This document shows positions 11,330 through 25,483 of a stretch of DNA of 64,000 nucleotides, piece after piece. The translations under genes were made by a program, and so were the position numbers. This DNA is from Chrysomallon squamiferum (lineage: Eukaryota; Animalia; Mollusca). Location: contig CM022678.1 in assembly GCA_012295275.1 (NCBI GenBank), positions 6,138,001 to 6,202,000 on the forward strand, read 5' to 3'. Within the stretch, counting starts at the first letter, position 1. Every line of letters starts with the position of its first letter. The notes beneath the pieces are model-generated. The model was not told where the DNA came from, ran no database searches, and saw only the letters and a program-made list of their open reading frames with translations.

Positions 11330-14300
11330 TGAATATAAGTGAAAAGATTAAAACTTAAAAATCTTCAAACATATATATATCAAATAAATTATCTATATAA
11401 TGAGATTATAATCACAATTGTAATAATTAACTAATTAAGATGAAGAAGTACTATTTCTAGAAAATAATACGTTGCAAATATTATTAGTACTTTAAACCAA
11501 AATACTTAACTCTGTTTCAAAAAAAAAAAAGTCTTCAAATGATAATATATTCTCGCAGTTCAATTACTGTTAAAACAATCGATATAATTAAAGTTTATGT
11601 TTAACTTAATAATATTAATTTTCTCAATTATTTATTAACAAATTTGAATACATCATTTTTATATGAATCAATTGGAAAAAGGAATATTTAAATTTAACAT
11701 GATTTTTGTGGGTGTAAATTTGATCAGAAAACTTTCTGCTGTAAAATATATTAGTTTTTAACATGGGGAGACACATCACATCAGTTTTTTAATTTATCTT
11801 CACAGTTTACTGGGCAGATTTTCTAGACTGAAAACAATAATTTAGTCTGCAAGTGAAGGACAATAATGTTCAAATCAATGTAAACCCAATAAAAATAATT
11901 TCATCTTTGTTTTAATCTTTCTACTGTTTTATAATTATTTTATTTTTTATTTTGTTGCTTGAAATAGTATGGAAATGTAACACTAAAACAGAAATTATTA
12001 CACACTATCATAACTTCTCATTGTTTGAAATAGAAATTAATACCATTCAATTAAATTTAAAATATCACACTTTTTCCAAATATGACATTTACTTTTGTCA
12101 TTTTCTTTTATTTATTTATTTAATTAGTTATTTGTCATACTAGCAATGTAAGAGCAAAACATTAAAAATAAAAAAATCTTTAAAAATAAACATATCAAGT
12201 AAAAAAAATATTTATCACAAATAAAATCTCCATCATTATGCAATTATCACCACAGTTAAAAGAATCAACTTTCTGAGTAAAGTGAAAAAGAATTAAAACA
12301 TTTTCTAATTCTAAATCGATATCTTGAAGCACTATTTCTGTACATTATTATGTTGCTATACTTTAATAAAAAAAAGAGTTTTGGACACTTTCTTATTAAT
12401 TTGATTAATGACTTCATAACAATAACCAAGCACAAAAATGTTAAAAATCTTCAAAAATAAATGTATCAAGTAAAATATATTTATCACAAATGAAATCTCC
12501 ATATTATGAGATTTTAATCACAGTTAAAAGAATTAATTATCACAGCAAACTGAAAAATAATAAAAGTCATGCCTGATTAATTGTTCTAAATCTAGACGAA
12601 GAAGTACTATTTTTATAAAATATTATGTTGCAGAAAAATAATAGTACTTTAAACCTGAACTCTGTGTTTCTATATATATATCGCTTAAATGATAATACAT
12701 TCTCGCAGTTCTATTACTGTAAAAACATTCGATATTATTACAGTTTATGTTTAACTTAATAATATGAAACAATACTGTTGTAACAAATGTTCAAATTTTA
12801 CATAACATATACAAATACTAAATTTATATTACTTTACTTTCTTCATGATTACACATTAAATTTAAAATAATTTTACAATAATACATTTACATTAGAAAAC
12901 TTTCTAAAAGAATTGGGTTTTAAATACAGTTCTATAGATATTACATCTGTGCATCACTTAATAATACTAAATTTATTTTAGAAAACCTTCTCCAAGTTTT
13001 ATATGTGATTAACATGCTTCAATATACATTAAAATGCTACATGATTTTCGTATTAATACATTTGAAATTATCAAGTGATTTTCAGTAACTGAATTATTTA
13101 TTAACAAATTTCAATACATGATCTTTACATGAATCAATTGGAAAAAGGAATGTTTAAATTTAACATGATTTTTATGGGTGTAAATTTGATCAGAATACTT
13201 TCTGCTGTAAAATATATTAGTTTTTAACATGGGGAGAAACACCACATCAGTTTTTTAATTTATCTTCACAGTTTACTGGGCAGATTTTCTAGACTGAAAA
13301 CAATAATTTAGTCTGCAAGTGAAGGACAATAATGTTCAAATCAATGTAAACCCAATAAAAATAATTTCATCTTTGTTTTAATCTTTCTACTGTTTTATAA
13401 TTATTTTATTTTTTATTTTGTTGCTTGAAATAGTATGGAAATGTAACACTAAAACAGAAATTATTACACACTATCATAACTTCTCATTGTTTGAAATAGA
13501 AATTAATGCCATTCAATTAAATTTAAAATATCACACTTTTTCCAAATATGACATTTACTTTTGTCATTTTCTTTTATTTATTTATTTAATTAGTTATTTG
13601 TCATACTAGCAATGTAAGAGCAAAACATTAAAAATAAAAAATCTTTAAAAATAAACATATCAAGTAAAAAATATTTATCACAAATAAAATCTCCATCATT
13701 ATGCAATTATCACCACAGTTAAAAGAATCAACTTTCTGAGTAAAGTGAAAAAGAATTAAAACATTTTCTAATTCTAAATCGATATCTTGAAGCACTATTT
13801 CTGTACATTATTATGTTGCTATACTTTAATAAAAAAAAGAGTTTTGGACACTTTCTTATTAATTTGATTAATGACTTCATAACAATAACCAAGCACAAAA
13901 ATGTTAAAAATCTTCAAAAATAAATGTATCAAGTAAAATATATTTATCACAAATGAAATCTCCATATTATGAGATTTTAATCACAGTTAAAAGAATTAAT
14001 TATCACAGCAAACTGAAAAATAATAAAAGTCATGCCTGATTAATTGTTCTAAATCTAGACGAAGAAGTACTATTCTTATAAAATATTATGTTGCAGAAAA
14101 ATAATAGTACTTTAAACCTGAACTCTGTGTTTCTATATATATATCGCTTAAATGATAATACATTCTAGCAGGAACATTACTGTAAAAACATTCGATATAA
14201 TTACAGTTTATGTTTAACTTAATAATATGAAACAATACTGTTGTAACAAATGTTCAAATTTTACATAACTTATACAAATACTAAATTTATATTACTTTAC

Positions 14301-16378
14301 TTTCTTCATGATTACACATTAAATTTAAAATAATTTTACAATAATACATTTACATTAGAAAACTTTCTAAAAGAATTGGGTTTTAAATACAGTTCTATAG
14401 ATATTACATCTGTGCATCACTTAATAATACTAAATTTATTTTAGAAAACCTTCTCCAAGTTTTATATGTGATTAACATGCTTCAATATACATTAAAATGC
14501 TACATGATTTTCGTATTAATACATTTGAAATTATCAAGTGATTTTCAGTAACTGAATTATTTATTAACAAATTTCAATACATGATCTTTACATGAATCAA
14601 TTGGTAAAAGGAATATTTAAATTTAACATGATTTTTATGGGTGTAAATTTGATCAGAATACTTTCTGCTGTAAAATATATTAGTTTTTAACATGGGGAGA
14701 CACACCACATCAGGTTTTTAATTTATCTTCACAGTTTACTGGGCAGATTTTCTAGACTGAAAACAATAATTTAGTCTGCTAGTGAAGGACAGTAATGTTC
14801 AAATCAATGTAAGCCCAATATGATTTTGTTTGTTTTAATCTTTTTACATTATTTTTATTATTTTTTTATTTTGTTGCTTGAAATAGAATGCAATTGTAAC
14901 ATTAAATTAGAAATTATTACACACTATCATAACTTCTCATTGTTTGAAATAGAAATTAATATCATTCAATTAAATTTAAAATATCACACTTTTTCCAAAT
15001 ATGACATTTACTTTTTTCATTTTCTTTTATTTCTTTAGTTAGTTAGTTTTTTGTTAGGAATGTAAGAGCAAACATTAAAAATCAAATTTGTTTATAAATA
15101 AACATATCAAGTAAAAAATATTTATCACAAATAAAATCTCCATAATTATGCAATTATCACCACAATTAAAAGAATCAACTATCTGAGTAAGGTGAAAAAG
15201 AATTAAAACATTTTCTAATTCTAAATCCATATCTTGAAGCACTATTTCTATACAATATTATGTTGCTATTCTTTAATAGAAGCATTTTTTGGACGGTTTC
15301 TTATTAATTTGATTAATGACTTCATAACAATAACCAAGCACAAAAATGTTAAAAATCTTCAAAAATAAATGTATCAAGTAAAATATATTTATCACAAATG
15401 AAATCTCTACATTATGAGATTATAATCACAATTAAAAGAATTAATGATCACAGGAAATTGAAAAATAATAAAAGTTTTGCCTGATTTATGGTTCTAAATC
15501 TAGATAAACAGTACTATATCTAGAAAATATTATGTTGCAGAAAAATAATAGTACTTTAAACCTGAACTCTGTGTTTCTATATATATATCGCTTAAATGAT
15601 AATACATTCTAGCAGGAACATTACTGTAAAAACATTCGATATAATTACAGTTTATGTTTAACTTAATAATATGAAACAATACTGTTGTAACAAATGTTCA
15701 AATTTTACATAACTTATACAAATACTAAATTTATATTACTTTACTTTCTTCATGATTACACATTAAATTTAAAATAATTTTACAATAATACATTTACATT
15801 AGAAAACTTTCTAAAAGAATTGGGTTTTAAATACAGTTATATAGATATTACATCTGTGCATCACTTAATAATACTAAATTTATTTTAGAAAACCTTCTCC
15901 AAGTTTTATATGTGAGTAACATGCTTCAATATACATTAAAATGCTACATGATTTTCGTATTAATACATTTGAAATTATCAAGTGATTTTCAGTAACTGAA
16001 TTATTTATTAACAAATTTCAATACATGATCTTTACATGAATCAATTGGTAAAAGGAATATTTAAATTTAACATGATTTTTATGGGTGTAAATTTGATCAG
16101 AATACTTTCTGCTGTAAAATATATTAGTTTTTAACATGGGGAGACACACCACATCAGGTTTTTAATTTATCTTCAGTTTACTGGGCAGATTTTCTAGACT
16201 GAAAACAATAATTTAGTCTGCTAGTGAAGGACAGTAATGTTCAAATCAGAAATTATTATACACTATCATAACTTCTCATTGTTTGAAATAAATATTGATA
16301 TCATTCAATTAAATTTAAAATATCACACTTTTTCCAAATATGACATTTACTATTTTCATTTTCTTTTTTCTTTGTTTC

Positions 16379-16456
<78 letters not shown>

Positions 16457-16860
16457 CTGATTTATTTATTTATTTATTTATTGTTATACTAGGAATGTAA
16501 GAGAAAAAAGTTAAATTAAAAATCTTTAAAAACAAACATATAAAGTAAAAAAATATTTTAGCACAAATAAAATATCCATAATTATGCATTTATAACCATT
16601 ATTTAAAAATAATTAAATTTTGTTCTAATTTTAATACCAAATCCATAACTTGAAGCAGTATTTCTATAAAATATTATGTTTCACAGTATTAATAATACTT
16701 TAACTGAAAGTATTTGTTTTGAAAAAATCTGTTCTGTTTAAATGATACTATATGCTTGCAGTTCCATTATATAAAAACAATGGATATAGTTACAGTTTAT
16801 ATTTAACTTAATGATATGAAACAACACTGTTGTAACAAATGTATAAGAAATTGAGCAGCC
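11330..16860. repeat. Tandem array of about four near-identical ~1.46-kb AT-rich units
   Basis: Anchor CATGGGGAGA at about 11762, 13228, 14691 and 16135. Near-identical spurious ORFs at 11952 and 13418 (offset 1466). Confidence 0.9.
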
Positions 16861-17472
16861 AAAAATATATCAAATTTTTTTTCTTTTTAATTAAACCAGT
16901 TGGAAGAATGAACGTGTAAAGGCAATTCAGTGTATTTTTATATGCAACATAATAGTATCAAACAAAATGGTCTTACAATAAATATTTAGGATAATTTTGT
17001 TTTTTAAATATACCAACATTAAACATTAAACAAATTAAAAACTAATATTTGTTTAACAATATATTAATACATCATTCAATTAAATTAACAAATACCACAC
17101 TGTTTCCAAAATAAAGAAACGAAAATGAAATTAATAAATTTATTTTTATTTTATTTTCTTACTTTTTTATTTTTTCATATTATACTAGGAATTTAAGAGC
17201 AAATCCAATAAAAGCAAGTACACTTTAAAGGTATCTGGACATCATTTTTCTGTAGTCATGATATCATGACATTCAAGTAAGACTGATTTTCTCTAAGTAT
17301 TCCTCTAACAGAATAAAAAAAAAAAATAGTGCTAGGAGTCTGCAAAGTATGCCATGACATCATGACTCCAGTTGTGGATGGATGGATTACATGGCCTAAT
17401 TCAAATCTTTCTCGACGTTGTCATATTTTGTCTTCTTTTTGTATGAATAAAGGTCAATTACCATTCAGATTA

Positions 17473-18217
17473 TTATGTTTGAGACAAATAAAAAGCCATA
17501 ACCATGTCTTCATCATCATTTCCAACTAAAAGCGGTTGTTGTTGTGGAAGATTAAATGTCTCAGCAAGCTTTTCCATATGAGGCTCCACACACTCATGCA
17601 GATTGTTCAGAAATACAAATTGTTGTTCTGCAGCAGTTAGATGGTATTTCTGGCAGATTTCGCAGTCTTTAGCTGCGACTGGACATCGGCCTTCAAGTAA
17701 CTCTATGATGCAGCTAGTGAATAGACTTAAGTTTAACTCTCTGATGAAGCAGGAACGCTGATTTGGAAAAGATGATGACCACTGTTTCACTCTGATTGGG
17801 TTCTTCTTAGCATCAACAACATCACGTTCCTTGTAAAAATTCCACAGCTTTGGTAACAACACACAGTTTTCATTGTCCTTGCTTTCAATACTTTGTAAAG
17901 ACTTTGTGAAATCCTCTTCATTGAATTTTGTGAGATCAATCCCACCACTGAAGCTGCAATCCAAAATTATCATCACCGTTTCAGCGTCCAAGGACTGCAA
18001 TTGTTTCTCAATTTGTTTTGGAGTCATTCTGCTTAAAAGACCTCCTAAACACAATGATGACTGATCGTAATGTCCAGAGAAATACAGAAGGAAAAATGGA
18101 TGTTCTTTTTCACGTATTTGCTGAGCAAGTTCACTGAATGCTTTTACTACTCTTTCACACATAAAGTAATCAATGACTGCTGGTTGTGATGTTTTTATCA
18201 TTGTAATATTTTCTTCT
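17473..18217 (-). CDS. Copy 2 terminal exon, caspase-like core with Cys->Ser
   Basis: ORF 17473..18201; acceptor at 18218-18219. Confidence 0.85.
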
Positions 18218-19186
18218 CTAAAAACAAAAGGAATAAGTAAACAAAATGTTCATTTTTTTCTTTCTTTTTTTAAACATGTATTATATAATAAAAAATAAAA
18301 ATTCGGATTTCACAAAAAATAACTATTTCTATTACTACAATCATAGCAAAAATTAAATATATAAATAATACATATTTATTTTCATATTAATTTTTTTATT
18401 AAAAACACAAATGACTAAAGACTAAAAAAATGGTTACTAAAGACAAAACAAAATAAATAAAACAATACTTTCACACATACACACACCCACAGACATATTT
18501 AAAGGCTTCAAAATAGATGAGTTAACTTTGAAATTTATCCCTTTTTGTAATAAATTCATTTAAAAGAAAAGAAAAAGTGATTAAAGCAAACACACACACA
18601 CACACGTACACATACATTTTACCTGATTGCAACGATATTAAGATCTTGCAGTTTCTCTTTCATTACATTTGTATCAATAATAAATATTTGATCAGAGTGT
18701 TTTATATTATAATAATAATAATAATAATGTCAAATCAAAATAAATAAAATAATACTTTCACACACACACGCACTCAAAATAGGTGAGTTAAATTTTAATG
18801 TGATCCTTTTTTGTGGTAAATTCTTTTAAAAACAAAAAGGAGAAACGATTAAAGCAGCCACACCCATACACACACCCACACACATTTTACCTTATTCCAA
18901 CGATATCAGGATCTTGTAGTGTCTCTTTCATTGTTATGGCATCATTAATATATATTTCAGCTACTTCTTTTCTACTATTATAGCCTGCGATGATAAGGGC
19001 AAAACAGTTTTCATGACCTGAGTTCAAATAAAAGAACAAATGTTTAAGTGTACACACGGATCAACTTAACAAAACATATTGGACATAACACACAGAAGTA
19101 AACACATATTATTTAGTTCAATGTGGTGTTTGGTTTTTGAAAAAGAAATTTATTTTGAAGTTTTATTATTATTTTTTTATTAAAAT

Positions 19187-19260
<74 letters not shown>

Positions 19261-19340
19261 GTAAATAAAACTAAAGAAATGATTAACAGAATCAAACGTA
19301 TAAAAATAAATTTAAAACAATAAAATATTTCCATATGAAC

Positions 19341-19382
<42 letters not shown>

Positions 19383-20816
19383 CATCATCACAGAGTTTAG
19401 GGTAATAATGCTACAAGAAATGAAATTAACTAATTGTATAATAAGAAATACATAAATTATTAGATGTTATGAAATATATTGAATAATAAAAATTACAGCT
19501 TCTTACAGGAAATACAAACTGAAAATAATAAAATCATTTCTAAGAGATAAAGAAAAAAGTAATTCTAAAAGAAAATCATTTGTATGAACTACACAGTAAA
19601 AGTGTAAATTTAGGCAGCTGTTTTGAAAGGCTCTTTATACAGATAGACATTCAAAGTTCACTAGCAAATATCTTGCAGACTTAATTAAATTACTTAAATT
19701 ATTCAAATATTCATAAAATGTATGTCAGAAGCTTAATAATTATTTAAAAACCAATCCTATGTCCAAACACATAGACACAAGAATACTTACATGCACACAT
19801 ATACTGAAGCATACAAGAATTAAAATGACATACGCCTTTTCATAATTTAGAAAACTATTTCAAATTAAACCTACGCTCTTTAGATTCAGTTCTCTTAATT
19901 TTAATGCGTGATATTTGTTCATCCAAATGGTCTTTTGTTAGCTTACTGCCACAGCTCACAATGATTTTTCTTATGGAACACTCTCTCTGACATCTCTCTA
20001 TGTTTCTCACGAGTCTCAAAAGAGCCTGAACAGTGGCTTTTGTGTTGCTGTACAATGCTTCTACAAATCAGACATTATAATTAAAACCAGTAATCAGCAA
20101 ATCAGAAACTAGACTTTAAACTAACAAGCAGCTTTGTAAAATGTCAAAATCAATTTTCTTATGGCTGTTTTGTTGCTGGAGATATTTCATTGGTAATAAG
20201 ATATAGGAGTAATTATACACACTCTTGAGAAGGAAATACATTTTTATATTAATCTTTTTTGGTTATCCAAAACTGTTCTCTTGTATCAAATAAACAAACA
20301 TTTGGAAACACACATTTATTATTATTGATTTTTATTCTATTTTTTAATTCTAGTTCTATTCTGGGCTTTTCCAAATGTTTGTTTATTTGATACAAGAGAA
20401 CAGTTTTGGATAACCTAAAAAGATTAACATAAAAGTTCACTTCCTTCTGCAGAAACTGCAATTAAAAAATAAAATAAAATAAAAAGAATGAATTATTTTT
20501 CATCAGTGACTGTTATTAAAGAATCTTTAATTCTGGATACCTCTGTAACTGAATGGCACAGTTAGTACTGATGACTGGTAAGTTCACTTACCAGAGTAGC
20601 AGAATGGTATAACTACTACAGATGAATCTTTACAAACATGGAACATTTTTTCAATGATTTCTTTCACATTCCATGCAGTTTTATAGTGCACCATTTGCCC
20701 AATTCCTTCTAATCCAGAAAATGTCTTGATGATCTGGCCAGATCTAATTTCTTCCTCTTTCAAAGAAAGGGGAAAACGAAACCGAAAAACATTCATATAT
20801 ATATATATATATATAT

Positions 20817-20871
<55 letters not shown>

Positions 20872-22698
20872 CATACACATACATACATACATATATATAT
20901 AAAAAACAAAGAAATAAAAGTAATAATAAAAATAAATAATAATAAAAAAACATTTGCAATAAAGATGCTGAATGTAATATCTATTAATGTGTTATGTTGT
21001 AATGTTGAAAATTATTTGGAAAGTTGTTTATACTATCATGTTGGTTAACTTGTAATAGTAACTTATATTGTAATATTGAAAAAATAATTTAGAATAGTCT
21101 CTTTAAATGTAATTTTGAAAATAACTTGGAATTCTGTAATACTGAAAAATAATTTGGAACAGTGACTTATAATGAAAAATAATTTACACTAGCAGCATAT
21201 ACCACAATATAGATAAATAATTTAAAATAGAGGCTTAATTTGTAATTTTGAAATTAACTTGTTTATACTGAAACATTGAAAATAGTATGGAATAGGAGTT
21301 TACATTACAATGTTGAAAATAATTTTCGAATAGAGGCTTATTTTTTAATTCTGAAAATAATTAGCAAAAGTGGATTAAACTATTGTTCAAAGTTATCTGG
21401 AATAGTAGTGGAAATTGCAATTTTTAAAATTTATAATTTAGAAAATAACTTCAAAATAGTGGCTTATTCTGTATTTTTCAAAATGACTTGAAACAGAGGC
21501 ATACACTGTAATGTTGATAGAATGTTTAGTTACTTTGACAGTGATGTCCATTTCTCTTTGTGTTTGTTTCACAATAACTCAGTTTTAATTTATTTTTGAT
21601 TGATTTTCATATTACTGCCTGCTCAGTTATAAGATTTTATGACACTTTTTACTAATAGATGACATTTTAATATCTTTATAATTTGATTTCGTTTGGATTT
21701 TCTGGTCTTTTTTTAAAAACTAATTTCCTGTATCAAATACTTAACATACTACAAACATAATATATGTACATGTATGTAATCAGAGTACAATTGCTGGTAG
21801 TAGGCTATAAGAGGCAATGGGGAAAACTGATTCTACAGTCCTTGATTGCTCAATCTGCTACAGTATACCTTAGGTAATTCAAACTATATCAGAAACATTG
21901 CATCTGGAATAAATAAAGAGAATTATATTACATCAGTAGTTGATAAATCGTATGGACCATAATCAGCATAATTAACTTTATTTTCATTTATTATGAGAAA
22001 AATAAAATAAGAGAAACTTACTGAATTCTGACCAGTTTTCCAGTTTTACACGACTGCCCCGCAGAAGTGGGTGGATTGGTCCTTCAAAAGAAAGGAAATA
22101 GAATTAAAAAAAAAGTTCTCATTATATCACATTTACTGTTAATTTCTTTCTTGCAAATGGGATAACACTAATTTTAACAAATTAGAGAAAGAAAATATAC
22201 GAAATCTGCAGCAAAAAGAAAAAGAAGAAAGAAAGACCTATCAGGACATGTATAAGTTTTTTGCATTGCTCTATATCCTGACATGGAGAAAAGATGACAT
22301 GCCAGTCCTGTCTTTATCAGTTAATAATCTCTACATGTTCCTTACCATACCAAGTATACCTACGAATAAGACATCCTCTAATAAACCAGTTAAAAAGAAA
22401 CAACCCAAGACTTAATCTGTGACTGATCTCACATCAGCCAAGTATGTTTTTCACTGAGATACAGCCCTTTTTAGTGGCCAGTGTAAGTGATGGACTCTTC
22501 AGTATTAAATTGACATTTAGTGAGCAAAGAGGATTGATGTAAGTATGTACTAACCTACATTCAACATTTTGTTAGACCATATACAAACAATATCATCTGC
22601 TTTTATGTTATGAATGTCGTCTTCAGTTATTATGAGTTCAACTTTTACGGCTATTATTATTTCTTCGTGTAATCTTGCAGGCTCAGTTCCTTTTGCAT
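17473..22698 (-). CDS. Paralogue copy 2: Macro-like + catalytically dead metacaspase-like domain, RING exons deleted (~492 aa with the putative first exon)
   Basis: Exons 22555-22698, 22022-22081, 20592-20756, 19875-20060, 18891-19017, 17473-18217 are all open and phase-compatible. FLLYFSGHY and IILDCSFSG (AGC at 17953-17955). ~500-bp deletion at junction 19500/19501. Confidence 0.8.
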
Positions 22699-23481
22699 CT
22701 GAAATCACAAAAGATATTATAAACTAATTAAGTTGGGACATTTTGTTATTTGTTGATGATATTGTCTATTCAAAAGGATTTAAATTTACCTGATGTAATA
22801 GAACTGAATCATCAACTGGAGTGAAAGAAATCATAGAAATATTATAAACTAATATTTGGGACAATTGTGTCTACATTTATGTGTGAGAACTGTCAATAAC
22901 AATAGTACTTAACAATAAGATAACAGATGCATACTGTAATTATATTTGTGATGTTCTAATGCTTAAGAAGATACTGTCACATATTTTATATCAGTATTAT
23001 TTATAGGATTGTTGTGTGTATTTCTGGGTATAACAATAACAGTTTGTGACAGCAGAATTTAGTTTTAATACGAATGATGAAATCATTAATACATATCAAA
23101 CATCTGATAATGTTTAAGCATATCATATGATATAGAAGAATGCTATACAAAAATCATTTATGCCAAAAATATTTAGTGTTTAAATAAATAAAGGCTTATG
23201 CATTTATGATTAAAATGTATATACATTTTTTCTACTAAAAGCTACCTGCTGATGATTTATTTTGATTTGAATCTTCAGTATGCTCTTCATCGGGACCAGC
23301 AGAAGATTTTTCATCTGACGGAATGGTAACCAAATTCTCTGACAACATTCTGTTAATAATTTCCTTGTTGTCTTGAAATGGAACAGACGATCCAGTTCTG
23401 TAATCAACAAGACTGTTCAACAGGATTCATCAACTGGGGTGAAAGAAATCATAGAAATATTGTAAACTAACACAGACTTAC

Positions 23482-24240
23482 CAGTGCACCAACTTACGAA
23501 TTTTCCGTGTTCGAGCAGACGTCAAGTTAATTTTTTTTTTCTTTGCCTTACGAGGCAAAACGGTAGCTGCGCAACGAAGAACATAAAATCCGGCCAGCAT
23601 CCGGCATCTCACTCGTTTACTTCATGATTACCTCGCCTTGGAAGCATCTCTGTTGTGTTGTGGTCGCATTTAGTGCAGTATTTTGCAAAAAAATATTTCT
23701 GACCATGGATCCTAAGAAAGTGAGTTCAAAGGACAATGCTGAGAAAAAGGTGTCCATTGATTTAAAGGATGAAATCATAGAAAAACATGAGCGTGCTGTG
23801 GGTGTCGTCGACATGGCTAGGCAGTATGAGAGTAATACTTCTACGACATGTACCATACGGAAGCAGAAGGAGTCGATAAAGGCTATAATTCCAGTCAAAG
23901 GCATTAAACAAAATTCAAAGCTGGAGACCTCTGTCTATGAAAAAAATGGAGAAGCAGCTCGCAGGGGAGGTACCATCTGCGAGAAGGCAAGATCAGTTTG
24001 AGTTCATTTGCTGCAATAGGCCGCAGGAACTTCAATGGACGAGGTGCTGGAAGAATTGTTTAAAGCCAGTCGGGACTGGTTCGACAATTCTAGGAGGACT
24101 GACATTCACTCCGTCATCAGGAACGGTGAGAGAGCGAGCTCGCATCTGAAGGCAGCTCAGGATTATCTGAAAACGTTTGCCGAAATCATAAGAGCCGAAA
24201 GATATGCCAAGAAAGATAGGGTAAACTTCACACTGTGCGG
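23482..24240 (+). mobile_element. Tigger-type transposon fragment, duplicated together with the gene (copy of 6416-7210)
   Basis: ORFs 23624-24001 and 24035-24244 are near-identical to those in copy 1. Starts with a TIR-like CAGTGCACCAACTTACGAA. Confidence 0.85.
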
Positions 24241-24322
24241 CTGATTACTTCACACGTGTTATCACGTTCATAGATTATATAAAGTATTGGAATTAAATTA
24301 TAGGATGGTAAGAAAGTGATAA

Positions 24323-24358
<36 letters not shown>

Positions 24359-24459
24359 TAAAAATAAGATATTTTAAATTTCTTCATGTTGAAATTTTGG
24401 AACGTTCTCAACTCTGTAATGATAAGTACATTAAAAGTCAAGTCACGTTAACCTCTCAC

Positions 24460-24511
24460 CAGTGTGGTGCTCAAGGACATGAGGAGGAAGGACGAGCGGA
24501 ATGTACATCAT
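24460..24511 (-). CDS. Putative first coding exon of copy 2 (MMYIPLVLPPHVLEHHT)
   Basis: Paralogue of 9679-9730 with the same phase-1 gtgaga donor. Confidence 0.4.
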
Positions 24512-24649
24512 GGTCTGTATGTAAAAGTTTGCAACTTCACTCTGATTCCGTTATTAAACGTTGTAAGTCTTTAACCATGACTTTTTAATATAATACAAAC
24601 TCTTGCTTAAGTTTTCTCTTTGGCAGTCATTTTTTGAAGACCATGCGAA

Positions 24650-25110
24650 TCGAGGAATCTCGCGAGACAGGAAGAAACGGTTCGGTGCGTGATAGTTACG
24701 TCTGTCCTAGACCTTTCTAATAACATGTATTCGTATATTTACAAATAAGATAGTCTTCACTAAACATTAAAGAGGTCTACCACTGTTGTCGATTATCTCT
24801 TTTTGATGACACAGTAAAGGTAATTACAGAAAATCATAAAAACAAGACTCACCCTGTATAATCTTTAAGAAGTTGGGAGAAAGGTAGGGATACGCACAGA
24901 TACAAGTGCTTTGCTGCACGTAAAGCCCAATGGCGAGTGGAGAAAATCTCGCGAGATAGGATGATACTTACGGTTCGTGATATTTATATCTATGCTAGAC
25001 CTACCGAACAACTCGGTTGGGGAATGGACAATTACATGTATTCGTACACTTACAAACAAAATACACTTCACTAAACGTTCAAGAGGTCTGCCACTGTTGT
25101 CGATTATCAC
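24650..25110 (-). promoter_or_regulatory. Duplicated promoter-like modules with TCTCGCGAGA (24658-24667, 24947-24956)
   Basis: Near-identical to 9873-10330. Confidence 0.5.
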
Positions 25111-25483
25111 TTTTTAATGAAAAATAAAGAATAATCTTCTCTGTGAACAAATTTAATAAGTATTCACCGTACTTGCAAAGATGAAAACTTCCGGGTTAAC
25201 TAAACCTTTACGAGGACAGACATTATAATGATTATTCATTTACTTATAAAGAAGAAAATACTGGATTTATCTGATTTTTAAGACGTCTTCCCACATAAAA
25301 ATAAAACAAAACGTTGAAGAGTTTTCTCCATTTCTCTTTATCATTTAAAACTGCTGAAATTATAGTCAACTTTCATCCCTAGAGTCTTTTTAATTTTACT
25401 TAAGTTTTTTTAAATTATTATTGTTATTATTATTATATAATATATTCTGATTAAATAAGGTAATGATTACACACACACACAAC

